Source: a virus. Taken from it: a stretch of DNA of 64,000 nucleotides. The notes beneath the pieces are model-generated. The model did not search any database. It was not told the origin of the DNA and was given only the letters and a program-made list of their open reading frames with translations. Below are positions 1 to 10,300 of this stretch, in pieces; positions within the stretch are counted from its first letter, which is position 1, and each line of letters begins with the position of its first letter. The position numbers and the translations under genes are program-made. Location: positions 1 through 64,000 of IMG/VR virus record IMGVR_UViG_3300035670_000114; one strand, written 5' to 3'.

Positions 1-40
1 CCCTCTGCCGCGCCCGCGCCCGCACCACCCCCACCACGCC

Positions 41-541
41 TTGACGTCCCCCCTCCTCCCCTACGCCAACGCCTACCTCCTGGTGCCCACCCTAGGCGCC
101 CCCTCTGTCGTCGCCGGCCGCATCACCCAGCCCGCCTCGACCCTCTACCTCCTCCACTGCTACCTAAAACGCCAAGACAGCACCGGCACGTCAACCGGCG
201 CCGACTACCTACCCACGCAACTCTCGCCAGGCGACCGCCTCCCCGGCACCAGCGGCGAGGCCTACCTCTACCGTGGCTACGCCCTGCGCCACCAAGCCGT
301 CGCCTCCGACTTCACCTTCACCTCCCCCATCCCCACCGCCAACTGGCTCCCCCTAACCTCGACCCCCACCTGGCTGCCCCCAGGCACCTCCTGCCAGCAC
401 CTGCAGGGCACCGAAACCCCCAAACCCTGCCGCATCGAGCGCAACACCGGCCGCTACGGCGGCACCCAGATCGACGCCCTCCTGGTAGCCGAAATCGGCG
501 GCATCCCCCTCACCATCCGCAGCGGAGACCTAACCGGCTAA
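41..541 (+). CDS. hypothetical virion (head-tail region) protein
   Basis: 166-aa ORF, TTG start, stop overlaps next ATG; upstream of tail genes. Confidence 0.45.
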   Translation: MTSPLLPYANAYLLVPTLGAPSVVAGRITQPASTLYLLHCYLKRQDSTGTSTGADYLPTQLSPGDRLPGTSGEAYLYRGYALRHQAVASDFTFTSPIPTANWLPLTSTPTWLPPGTSCQHLQGTETPKPCRIERNTGRYGGTQIDALLVAEIGGIPLTIRSGDLTG

Positions 542-1056
542 TGGCCTCCCGCCGCCCAGCCTTTACCATGGACGACCTCCTCCCGAAGGCCGCCATGGAA
601 CTGCGCCCCATCCAGGCCTCAACCAACACCTCCAACCTCCTCTCCTTCAACAAGGTCTCCTTCTCGGGCCCCAGCCTCACGACCCGCCTGGAGACCGCCA
701 TCAACCGTGCCAACCGCCGCATCGCCGTCGACCTGAAGCAGGCCCTGGATGCCGCCATGCGCTCCAGCAACTGGCCAACGCCCACCACCCCCTCGGCCGA
801 CATCTACGAAACCGGCGAGCTCCTCGAATCGGGCACCGTCCGCGTCACCCCCAACGGCGTCCACATCTCGTACGACGCCCCCTACGCCGCCCTCGTCCAC
901 TACGGCGGCTACATCAACCCCTACGGCAGCCAGTCGACCCGCATCTACCTGCCCGCCCGCCCCTGGGTCGACTCGGTCCTGCGTGGCGGCGCCGGCATCC
1001 CCGCCTTCGACTTCGGCCGCTACTACGCCGAAGAAATCGCAAAAGCCTTCAACTAA
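541..1056 (+). CDS. neck/tail-completion protein (HK97 gp10-like)
   Basis: ETGELLES...YAALVHYG...PARPW motifs; context. Confidence 0.55.
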   Translation: MASRRPAFTMDDLLPKAAMELRPIQASTNTSNLLSFNKVSFSGPSLTTRLETAINRANRRIAVDLKQALDAAMRSSNWPTPTTPSADIYETGELLESGTVRVTPNGVHISYDAPYAALVHYGGYINPYGSQSTRIYLPARPWVDSVLRGGAGIPAFDFGRYYAEEIAKAFN

Positions 1057-1066
1057 CCACCCCTTA

Positions 1067-1075
1067 GGCAAGCTA
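1067..1075 (+). promoter_or_regulatory. putative late promoter GGCAAGCTA
   Basis: 22 nt before chaperone ATG. Confidence 0.6.
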
Positions 1076-1097
1076 TCTCGCTCAACTCGCCACCCCC

Positions 1098-1790
1098 ATG
1101 TCGAAGCTCCCCTTCGTGGTCCAGCCTCGCCGTCAGCCCATCTTGGAGCAACTCGGCACCGAGGAAACCGGAATCCTCGAAATCAAGCGCCTCGGCTACC
1201 TGACCGTCGGCGAGAAGTCTTTCGTCCAGCAGGTCCAGCAACTGGACGGCGGCACCTCCCAGATCATCACCGTAAGCCGCCAGGTCGCCCGCAAGTTCGC
1301 CCTCGGCATGGACCAGGCCTACTCGCTGGTCCTACAAATCATCAGCGGCTCAACGCCCCAACTTGTCGACGACCTCGACCCCACCCTGACCACCCAAGAG
1401 CGCACGGCCCTCCACGACCAAAACGCCAAAGCCCTCAAGCAACTCGACCTCATCAACCAGATCGAGCAGGAATTCGCCGAAGACCTCACCCGCGCCGTCC
1501 GCGAGATGTCGGCCGGCCAGGTCCGCGAGAAGATCGTTCACGCCTGCTGTCTCCTCAAGTACCGCATCAACACCGACATCACCATCGACGAGGTCGAGAG
1601 GGTCCACCCCGACCTAATCGACGCCCTGGATGCCCTCTTCCGCGACGAGGAGCGCAAGTGCCTCGACGCCTTCTCGCCACCCGACGACACCAGCAACGAC
1701 GAAACCACCTCAACCTCCTCCTTCGAGGAAGCCGAAAAAAAGCCCGCACCCAGAAGGGCTACCCGTTCGAGGACTACTACTGGCGACTGA
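1098..1790 (+). CDS. tail assembly chaperone (G-like)
   Basis: 230 aa, ends just after a slippery A AAA AAG that opens an overlapping -1 frame. Confidence 0.6.
   Translation: MSKLPFVVQPRRQPILEQLGTEETGILEIKRLGYLTVGEKSFVQQVQQLDGGTSQIITVSRQVARKFALGMDQAYSLVLQIISGSTPQLVDDLDPTLTTQERTALHDQNAKALKQLDLINQIEQEFAEDLTRAVREMSAGQVREKIVHACCLLKYRINTDITIDEVERVHPDLIDALDALFRDEERKCLDAFSPPDDTSNDETTSTSSFEEAEKKPAPRRATRSRTTTGD
1736..1742 (+). other. -1 programmed ribosomal frameshift heptamer A AAA AAG
   Basis: GAA AAA AAG in the 1098 frame; the -1 frame continues KKARTQKGYPFEDYYW... to 2365. Confidence 0.75.
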
Positions 1791-2365
1791 AGTTCTACTT
1801 CCCGGGTGACCCCGAGTTCACCCACGAAAACTACTGGCGCCTCCCCTACCCCTACATCTTGGGCGCCATCCTGCGCCTCAACACCCTAGATCGCGAGCGC
1901 CTCCACAACCTGGAGCGTCCAACGGCCTACATCTCCTGGCAGACGGCCGAACTCAACCGCGACCGCAAGAAACAGCGCAAACCCTTCAAACCCGAAGACT
2001 ACTACTTCTACGCCGACCGCGAAAAGCAAAACCTCCCCGACGCCAGGTACGGCGCCGCCGCCCTGGAGCTCATCCGCCTCGGCAGCTTCCCAACCTGGGC
2101 GCTCTTCGTTTATGCCGACCTCAAGAGCCGCGCCGCCGACGCCCTCCCGCCGGAACTCCTCTGCTTCCAGTGCGACGACGCCATCCTGCTAGCACCCTCC
2201 ACCGACGGCGAACACGTCAGCGGCATGCTGATCGCCACCATCTCGGCCTCCGGTGAACGCCGCAAGATGACGTCCCCCTGCGGACGCACCATCGACGTCC
2301 GCATGCCCACCCTCTCCAGCAAGTTCCAGGCCTTCGAGGACGCCGACCTACGCCTCCTCCGCTGA
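1736..2365 (+). CDS. frameshift extension of tail chaperone (GT-like, join 1098..2365)
   Basis: Protein-like only downstream of the slippery site; the upstream part of ORF 749..2365 is out-of-frame shadow. Confidence 0.65.
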   Translation, partial: KKARTQKGYPFEDYYWRLKFYFPGDPEFTHENYWRLPYPYILGAILRLNTLDRERLHNLERPTAYISWQTAELNRDRKKQRKPFKPEDYYFYADREKQNLPDARYGAAALELIRLGSFPTWALFVYADLKSRAADALPPELLCFQCDDAILLAPSTDGEHVSGMLIATISASGERRKMTSPCGRTIDVRMPTLSSKFQAFEDADLRLLR

Positions 2366-2758
2366 GGCCCACTCGTCGCCATCCGGCAGCCTCCCGTTCT
2401 CCAGCCAGAACCGAATCCTGGCTTCGCGCTCCAGCGAGTGAAACGCCTGCGCCCTGAACCACTCAACCCAATCACTCGACCCCTTGCTCTGGTTGTGCTC
2501 CAAGCACGCCGGCAAGCAGTTGTTACTCGTGTCCTCCCCACCCCGGCTCTTCGCCTTCAGGTGATCAATCGTGAGCGACTTATCATCAATCGGCGGCTCT
2601 CCACAAAAGCAACACCGATTCCCCCATGCTGCCTTAATCGCCCGGCGCCAACGCCTTTTTGCCTCTGAGCTCGTTAAGCATTCCATGGCCGCAAGATACT
2701 GGTGATACGACAAGGCCACCCCTTTGGGAGCCGACGTTTCGACCGAACGGTCAATCAT
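2348..2758 (-). CDS. HNH endonuclease
   Basis: CCFCG...TIDH...GG...N...AC..HN..KG; opposite orientation within tail genes. Confidence 0.9.
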   Translation of the reverse strand: MIDRSVETSAPKGVALSYHQYLAAMECLTSSEAKRRWRRAIKAAWGNRCCFCGEPPIDDKSLTIDHLKAKSRGGEDTSNNCLPACLEHNQSKGSSDWVEWFRAQAFHSLEREARIRFWLENGRLPDGDEWASAEEA

Positions 2759-2873
2759 TTCGGGTCAGACCTAGGACCCAATTCCAACCAAAGACCCGAG
2801 CCGTGATGCAACAAAATCTTTGATCGGCATGACCCGCTTGCGGCTGCACCCTTATCTTACCGCAACCGACCAA

Positions 2874-2882
2874 GGAACACTA
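2874..2882 (+). promoter_or_regulatory. putative late promoter GGAACACTA
   Basis: 21 nt before TTG 2904. Confidence 0.6.
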
Positions 2883-2903
2883 CCAACCAGCAGGGAGCCC
2901 ATC

Positions 2904-3341
2904 TTGCCGCAGTCGCACCCCACCACCCCAACCGCCATCTACGACACCCTGCTGGCTGACGCCACCTTCATGGCCCTTGTCGGCACGCGCACCTTCGAGG
3001 CCGGCAACACCACCCTGCCCGCGCTAAGCGTCCACACCCCAGGCGCCGACCTCCCCAAAACCAGCTCCATCTCCGGCCTGGAGGTCCTGATCCACGACGT
3101 GGTCCCCCAACGCCGCCGCAACTACCTAACGGGCCCTGCCGACATCACCTTCCAGTGGAAGGTCTACCTGCTCGCCTGGCCACCCGCCAACGGCTCCACC
3201 ATGACGGCCGCCACCACCCGCGTCCTCGAACTCTTCTCGAACGCCGAATCCATCGAGGTAGGCCCCACACCAACCGGCCTCGGCTCAATCGCCCAATCCC
3301 TAATCCTCATCTCGTCCGATTCCGCCATAACCGCAACCTAA
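2904..3341 (+). CDS. putative tail terminator/completion protein
   Basis: Immediately before tail tube; TTG 2904 follows GGAG and the late motif. Confidence 0.45.
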   Translation: MPQSHPTTPTAIYDTLLADATFMALVGTRTFEAGNTTLPALSVHTPGADLPKTSSISGLEVLIHDVVPQRRRNYLTGPADITFQWKVYLLAWPPANGSTMTAATTRVLELFSNAESIEVGPTPTGLGSIAQSLILISSDSAITAT

Positions 3342-3356
3342 ACCCAATCACAAATC

Positions 3357-3365
3357 GGAAGCCTA
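3357..3365 (+). promoter_or_regulatory. putative late promoter GGAAGCCTA
   Basis: 77 nt before tail tube. Confidence 0.6.
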
Positions 3366-3442
3366 ATGCAAGCAGGTAGGCACCTGCTCTATCCCCTTGC
3401 GCCTACCGAGGCGTTCCTACCTGAGCGTTCCTACCTGAGCAC

Positions 3443-4045
3443 ATGGCAAACTTCTCCACCGGCTTCGGCTACGACTTCTACATTGTCCCCCTGGCAGCCG
3501 CCGAAGTGGACACCGCCTTCACGGGCGTAAGCAACGCCGCAGGCTTCATCTCGACGACCACCGTCCAGTCCCCCTCCGCCGTCATCAGCTACGCCAGCGG
3601 CGTCTTCAGCGTGGGCGCCACGGCCCTCGACATGGATGGCACCGACAACCCCTTCCGTCTGTACGGCCTGAACAACGCGGCCCTGGAGACCGACACCAAC
3701 ACCGAGGAAGTGGTCACCTACGACGACGAAACCAAGGGCTTCAACATCACGCTGCCGACCTCCAAAACCTGGAGCTTCTCGCTGTCCGGCGTGGCCGACT
3801 TCAAGGATGCCGGCTACCACGTGCTGCGTCTCACCGAGCAGAACACCGTGGCCGACGCCCTCCGCGTGAAGGTGCTCCGCATCGGCCCCACGGGCACCGA
3901 CGAGGCCATCTACGGCTACGGCACCCTGCAGGGCTACACCGAATCCAACGAAGCCGGCTCGATCGTCTCCTGGGAGGCCACCATCCAAGGCTACGGCCCC
4001 TACCGCATCGACATCGACGCCAACGTCGCCCCTCCGACCCCTTGA
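3443..4045 (+). CDS. major tail tube protein
   Basis: 200 aa, TTP-type beta pattern (KTWSFSLSG, VSWEATIQGYG), followed by terminator, then TMP. Confidence 0.8.
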   Translation: MANFSTGFGYDFYIVPLAAAEVDTAFTGVSNAAGFISTTTVQSPSAVISYASGVFSVGATALDMDGTDNPFRLYGLNNAALETDTNTEEVVTYDDETKGFNITLPTSKTWSFSLSGVADFKDAGYHVLRLTEQNTVADALRVKVLRIGPTGTDEAIYGYGTLQGYTESNEAGSIVSWEATIQGYGPYRIDIDANVAPPTP

Positions 4046-4075
4046 GCCCTTTACGGCCCCAACCGACCAAGCCAC

Positions 4076-4100
4076 GAGCCCCAACCGGGGCTCTTTTTTT
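4076..4100 (+). terminator. intrinsic terminator
   Basis: GAGCCCC-AACC-GGGGCTC-T7. Confidence 0.9.
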
Positions 4101-4130
4101 CGGCATCCATAGACCACCCACCACTACGCC

Positions 4131-4292
4131 ATGCCCTCCACGGCCCGCTCGATCGCCAAGCAAATCATCGCCGAACGCACGGCCGCCGCCAACAGTTGCC
4201 CGCTCTTTTTCGTCGAAGAAATCCGAGTCGACCCCGACACCGGCAAGCTCAAAACAACCATGAAATCTTGCCCACTCAAGACGGAAGACTAA
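4131..4292 (+). CDS. small 53-aa protein between tail tube and TMP (not in ORF track)
   Basis: MPSTARSIAKQ...KSCPLKTED*; phage-like codon usage; GGCATCCATA 19 nt upstream. Confidence 0.5.
   Translation: MPSTARSIAKQIIAERTAAANSCPLFFVEEIRVDPDTGKLKTTMKSCPLKTED
4283..4291 (+). promoter_or_regulatory. putative late promoter GGAAGACTA
   Basis: 22 nt before TMP. Confidence 0.55.
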
Positions 4293-4313
4293 CGGCGTTA
4301 AGCGCCGACCGCA

Positions 4314-7300
4314 GTGGCTACTCCTATTGAATTCGAGGCGGTACTGAATGCGGCTCAGCTTAACAAGTACCTCGCAGACCTACGCGCCAACGTAGAAGGA
4401 ACCGCCAAGGCTCTCAACACCTCCCTTGGCGGCACCGTAACCAAAAGAATCGCCCTCGAAACGGTCGCCGACGAATCCGGCGCCCGCAAGCTCGTCGCCG
4501 TCGAAAAGGAGCGCCTCTCGGTCGTCGACAAAATCATCCAAGCCCAGAAAAAACTCGACAAAACCGAAACCGGCAGCGTCATCAACCTCAGCCAGGCCGT
4601 CAATGAGGCAAAGCAGGCCCGCAACGGGATCGCTCGACTCATTCAAGAAACCGACCAGTACGGCAACCGAGTCACCAAAGTCAACGAGAGGTGGATCGCC
4701 CAAAACCAGCGTGTCCGCGAGCTCTCCCGCGAACTCGACCGAGCCGGCGCCTCCAACTTCTGGCAAAGACTAAAGGCCGACCTCAATATCCAGGGCCTCG
4801 CCAGCGCCTCCAACCAGCTCGTCCAGTTCACCCAAGGTCTCCAGGCCGTCAGCATCGTCGTCGGTCAACTCTCGTCGACCTTCAACCGCTTCGTCAACGA
4901 AGCCGCCGAGATCCAACAATTCGAGCTCGCCTTCAAGGCCATCGGCGCCGGCGCCGGTGCAGCCTTCTCGTCCCTCCGCGACGCCGAACGCATCGCCCTT
5001 GGCCTTGGCACCAACCTCGACACCGTCCAGTCCGGCTTCCAGCAGCTCAGCCCGGTCGTCCTAAACGTCGGCGGCAGTATGAGCGACGTCTCGGCCATCA
5101 CCGAGGCCCTGTCGAGCCGCTTCGCCGCCTTCGGCATCTCTGGCGACCGCGCCCGCCGCGTCATGAACGGCGTCATCCAAGCTTTCGCCAAGGGCAAACT
5201 TCAGGCAGAAGAGCTAACCCAGCAGATCTCCGAAGCCGACCCCGCCTTCAAGACAGACCTCGCCAAGTCGATCGGCAAAACCGTCCAAGAACTGGAGGCC
5301 ATGGTCAAGGCCGGTGAAGTCACCACCGACGTCCTGATCGAGTTCCTGCCTGAACTTTCAAAGGCTGACCTCCTCTTCGGCAAGCTCGGCCCCAGCGCCA
5401 CCTCGGCAGTCGATGCCCTGGCAAGCGGCAACGCCACCATCGACCAGGTCCGCAACAACCTCCAAACCCTAAGCCAGCTCAACCTCCGCAACCTGGCCAC
5501 CATCGGCCAGCCCATCATCGAGGTCTTCCTGCGCGTTCAGGCCGTCATCACCGACTTCCTGACCCGCCTCTCCGAGAGCGGCGCCACCTCCAACATCATC
5601 AACGTCTTCTCCCGCATCTCGCAGTCCGGCGTCCGCCTCCTGGAATCACTTCTCCTGATTGCCGACGGCGCCGTCCGCGTCATCGGCGTCATCACGCCAT
5701 TCATCGACCTCTTCACTCGAATCCCGGGCGTCGTCGAACTCGCCGGCCTCGCCCTAATCGGCAAGCTGCTCGGCCCACTTAAGTCACTGCAATTCGGCTG
5801 GACCGCCCAGATCGCCGCCATCGACAAGTTCCGCACCGCCGCCCGCCGCGCCTTCGCGGGCGTCCAACCGCCTCCCATCAAACCCTTCGACGACTTCCGC
5901 CGCGAGATCGGCCGCCCCGTCACCGCCGGCCGCGTCAACTTTGGCGATGCCCTCAATTCCGCCCAGGCTGCCGCCAACGCGACCACCTCAACCGTCTCTG
6001 CCGCCGAGCAAAAGATCCGCAACCAATACCGCGCCACCTACACCGAATTCGCCAAACTCCAGCAACAAAAGACCGCCGCTGCGGCCGGCGGCACCGCCTT
6101 CCCCGCCAAAGAAGAAGCTCGCCTCCAGCGCCTCCAAGGCCGCGTCCGCGACCTCCAGCTCGAACTGCGCGACTTCTCGTCCCCCCGCAACCAAATCAAC
6201 CTCGGCGCCGACGCCCAGACCCGACAAGTCAAGAACCTAACCAACCAGATCGACCAACTGCAGGCCCGTCTGAAGGTCCAGGTACTCGAATCCCAGAAGG
6301 CTGCCTTGGCTGCAGCGAAGGGTGTCTCCGTGCCCACCCTCGAACGCGCCCCCGTCATCCTAACCGGCGACGAGCTCAACGAGCTGCGCCGAATCAACGC
6401 CGAAATCGACACCCTCAGAGACAAGCTGACCGCCGTGCCGGCCTCAAGTCTTCTCGGCAACCAACTCGACGACGCCGACGCCCTTAACCGAAAGATCACC
6501 GAGCTAACCGAAAAGCGCGACCAGCTCGTTGGCGCCACCACCGCTGCCGAAGACAAGATCCGCAAGCAGTATCGCGCCACCTACACCGAATTCGCCAAGC
6601 TACAACAACAAAAAGCAGACGCGGCAACCAGCGGCGTCGCCTTCTCGGACAGGGAAGAGGCCCGCCTCCAGCGTCTGCAACGCCGCACCACCAACCTCCA
6701 GTCCCAACTGCGCGACCTCTTCACGGGTGGCGCCGAGTCTGCCGCTCGCTTCGGCGACAGCCTGGAGGGCTCCGTGTCGGCCTCCTACGACCGCGCCATC
6801 GCCGCATCACAGGCCTACGCCAGCACCGTCTCCAGCGGCGCCAGCAAGACCCAAGTCGCGACCAGCCTCAACGCCGCGCTAGCCGCCAGTAGCGAATACT
6901 ACACCGAAACCCTAGGCCTCGCCAACCAGCGCCTGAAGGAGTACAACGCCTCCTCCACCGCCGTCACTCAGCGCATCGGCGAACTGACCCAGCTCCAGGG
7001 CCGCCTCTCCGCCCAGCTTGCCAGCACCAGTTACGGCAGCGCCGACGCCGACCGCCTCCGCACCCAACTCAAGGGCGTCACGCAGGAAATCTCCACCCTC
7101 CAGTCCTCCCAGAATAACCTCCAGTCCTCGATCCAGGGCACCAACCAGACCATCTCCGACATCAACGAGAGGCTCTCCCAGAACCAGCGAGCCGCCGCCA
7201 CTGCTGCAGCCAGCACCAACCGCCTCGGCAGAGCCGCGACTCGCGTTGGCTCTGCTATCGACGGAGCCGTTGGCCTCGCCGGCAAGGGCATCCAGGGCAT

Positions 7301-10300
7301 CGCCGCCGCCCTTGGCCCCATCGGTATCGCCCTGCTAGCCATCGGCGCCGCCACCAAGCTTTATTCCGACGGCGTCGCCCGCGCCAATGCAGCCAGCAAA
7401 GAATTCAAAGATCAAACCGAGGCCCTCACCCGCAGCCTCGCCGAGCTCAAAGGCGCCCAATCCACCATCGCCCAAGCACCCCCAGAGAGTGCCCTTGAAA
7501 GCTTCTACGCCAAGATCGCCCTTGGCGCAGCCCAGGTCGGCGATGGTGTCATCGGCCTTGGCGAAAGAATAATCTCATTCTACAACCAAGTCACGTCCGC
7601 AATTGACGGAGCCATCGAGAAAACTGGTCCATTGGCCAACGTTTTACGAGTCGTTACTTCTCCTCTAATAACATTTGGCCTCTTTAACGTATTCGCCGGC
7701 GGCGACACTGAAGCCGCATCCCTGACCCGAGAAGTCGAATCCGTCGAAAAGCAGATCAAAAAAACAATCGTCCAAGCTAACCTACTCATCAACGCCCTGT
7801 CCCAGGACATCACTCCCGAGGGCATAAAAGAAGGTGCAGACGAACGAGTCAATGCCGCCTTCGGTACCCTCGACACTGCCATCACCGCAATCCAAAAGAA
7901 GATTGACGACTACAACCTATCTATCAAGAGCAACGAGTCCGCCATCAAGACACTTGGCGACGAATACACCGCAACCGCCGCCAAGCTAAAAGAGCTGGAA
8001 GCAGCCCGCGAAGCCGGCACCCTTCAACCTGAAGACGCTCCGAAGATCGACCAATACAAGCGAAGACTCCAATCCCTCTCAGAAGAGCAAGAAAAGACTC
8101 GCGCCAAAAACGTCATTCTCTCAAAAAGTGCCAACGAATTAAGCACAGTCTACGAAGCCCTGTCCAAGCGCTATGACGCCTTGGCCCAGGCCGCCGGCCG
8201 CGTCCAAACCAAAAACAAGGACCAACTCAACAGCCTCGGCCAGCTCGAAGAGCGTTACAAGTCCCTCAAGGACAGTGTTTCCGAACTTGACTTAACTACC
8301 CCTAAAGGCCGCTCCGAACTCAGACGTATCACAGAGGAGGCTGCCGAGGTTTCTCTCAAGATCCGCGAAATCAAGGAGTCCGCCGATCTGATCGAAAAAA
8401 TCAAAATCGAAGCGCAAGTCGACGAAGGCATCGAACGCGGCGAAATCGCTTCGTCCATCTCGAACCTTCAGTATCAGATTCAGTTGCTGGAGGGGATTAG
8501 CGCAACCGTAGACATCAACTCTCCAGAGCTCCCTGACCTAATCGCAAGGCTAACCAGGGCAAAACGCGACCTCGACGATCTGAACGGCCGTAGAGCGCAG
8601 ATCACCCTACAAGTTGTGCAGCAAGGCATCTCCAGCGGAGAGATCCCCCGGACCATCGCCAACCTCGAAGAACTGCAGCGTCTCCTATCGGAAAGACAAA
8701 AGGCAATCGACATTGACACGACTCAAGGTCGGAACGAACTAAACCTCTTGACCCAAGAGGCCGCCGAATTGTCGGTACAACTTCGTGCCATTAAAGAGCT
8801 GGCATCCTTCTCCGAAGCGATTGCAATTTCGATAGAAATAGACAAACAGATTACCAGCGGAAAGCTGGCCGAGTCAATATCCAACATAGAGACAAAGGTC
8901 CAGTCCCTCGAAAGCGCCAGCGCGAGTGTTGACATCAAGTCGCCTGAACTGCCTCGGATCATCTCCGAGCTGACCAAGGCCGGCGATCGGATTGATCAGC
9001 TCAATGGACGAAAGGCCCAGGTCACCGTCGAAATTCTACAACAAGGCATCTCGACCGGCGAAATCTCGAACACGGTTAGCAACCTCGAACGTATACAACA
9101 AGGACTGCAGCAGCAGCAGCGAACGGTCGACATCTACTCCCCGCAAGCCGATACAATTGCACAACAAATAGAGCAAAACAGGCGCCAGCAGGAATTCGCC
9201 ACTAAGTCCAACGACGAAATCGAGCGCGAACTACAAAGAGAAAGAGCCTCCCAGAAGCAGCAAGACCTGCAGATGGAGCACGATAGACAGCGCCAAATCA
9301 TCCAGGAGCGCAAGCAGGCGCTGCAGGATGAACTCAACAGATCCAAGGAAATCGCCGACGCCAGGGTCAAGGAGCTCCAACAGCTCACCTTCTCCGAAAG
9401 GGAGCTAGCAAGGCTGCGCGTCCAGGATCTACAAAAACAGGCTCAAGGCGGTGGACGCAGAGGCCTTGAGGCTCGCGCCCAGCTAGAAAGACTTGCCAGG
9501 GACGAGCAGATCGCCAGGATAAAAGAAGAGCAAGACCGCAAGGAGGCCCAGATCCAACAGAAGATCAGGCAAGAAGAAGCAATCGAACGCCAACTCGAAA
9601 AAACTTTCCGCGAGCAAATGCTTGCCATCCAGCAAGAGATGCTCAAACTCGAAAGGCAGAAGGCAGGACAGCAGATTACCGCCGCCGAGCAAACCCTGGA
9701 AGAAAGAAGGAAAGCAGAGGAGGCATCCAAGCAGGCCACATCCGCCGACGAGCAACGCCTTGCCAACCTGCGCGAGCAGGCCGGCCAGTGGGCTCGACAG
9801 GCAGCCAGCGCCAAGGAAACGGCCTCCATCTCTAAGCAGATTGTGGACGACACCAGTCGCTACCCGCAGGCGCTGTCGAACGGAGCCGACCAGGCGGATC
9901 GCTTCGCCGAATCCCTCAAGTCCTCGGCCGGAAGCGCCGAAATGATCGCGAAATACCTCAGAAGCGTCGCCAGCCTCAACGGCCAATCCGTCAACATCAA
10001 CGTCAACCAGGTCCCCGCCCGCTTCCTCGGCGGCCCAGTCTCTGCCGGCCAGACCTACCAGGTCAACGAAATCGGCACCGAGGGCTTTCTCTCCTCTGGC
10101 GGCGCCCTACGCGAAATCTCGCGCCCCCGCAACTCCCTCTGGCGTGCCCCCAGTTCCGGTACCGTGATCCCCGCCGACATCTGGAGCGCTATCAAGGCCC
10201 CCGACAACGCCATCTCCGTGAACCCCTCCCCCCTGCGCAACTCCAGCAAGGCCATCAGCAACAGCCGCGTCGAGCAGGCCGTCAAGGTAGCCATCGCCCG

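Noticed and set aside
749-1735. 5' part of ORF 749..2365 as coding
   Set aside because: Pro/Arg-rich shadow of two real genes; only the part after the slippery site is protein-like.
4037-4263. Frameshift extension of tail tube (ORF 4042..4263)
   Set aside because: No canonical shift site, runs through a strong terminator, low-complexity product.
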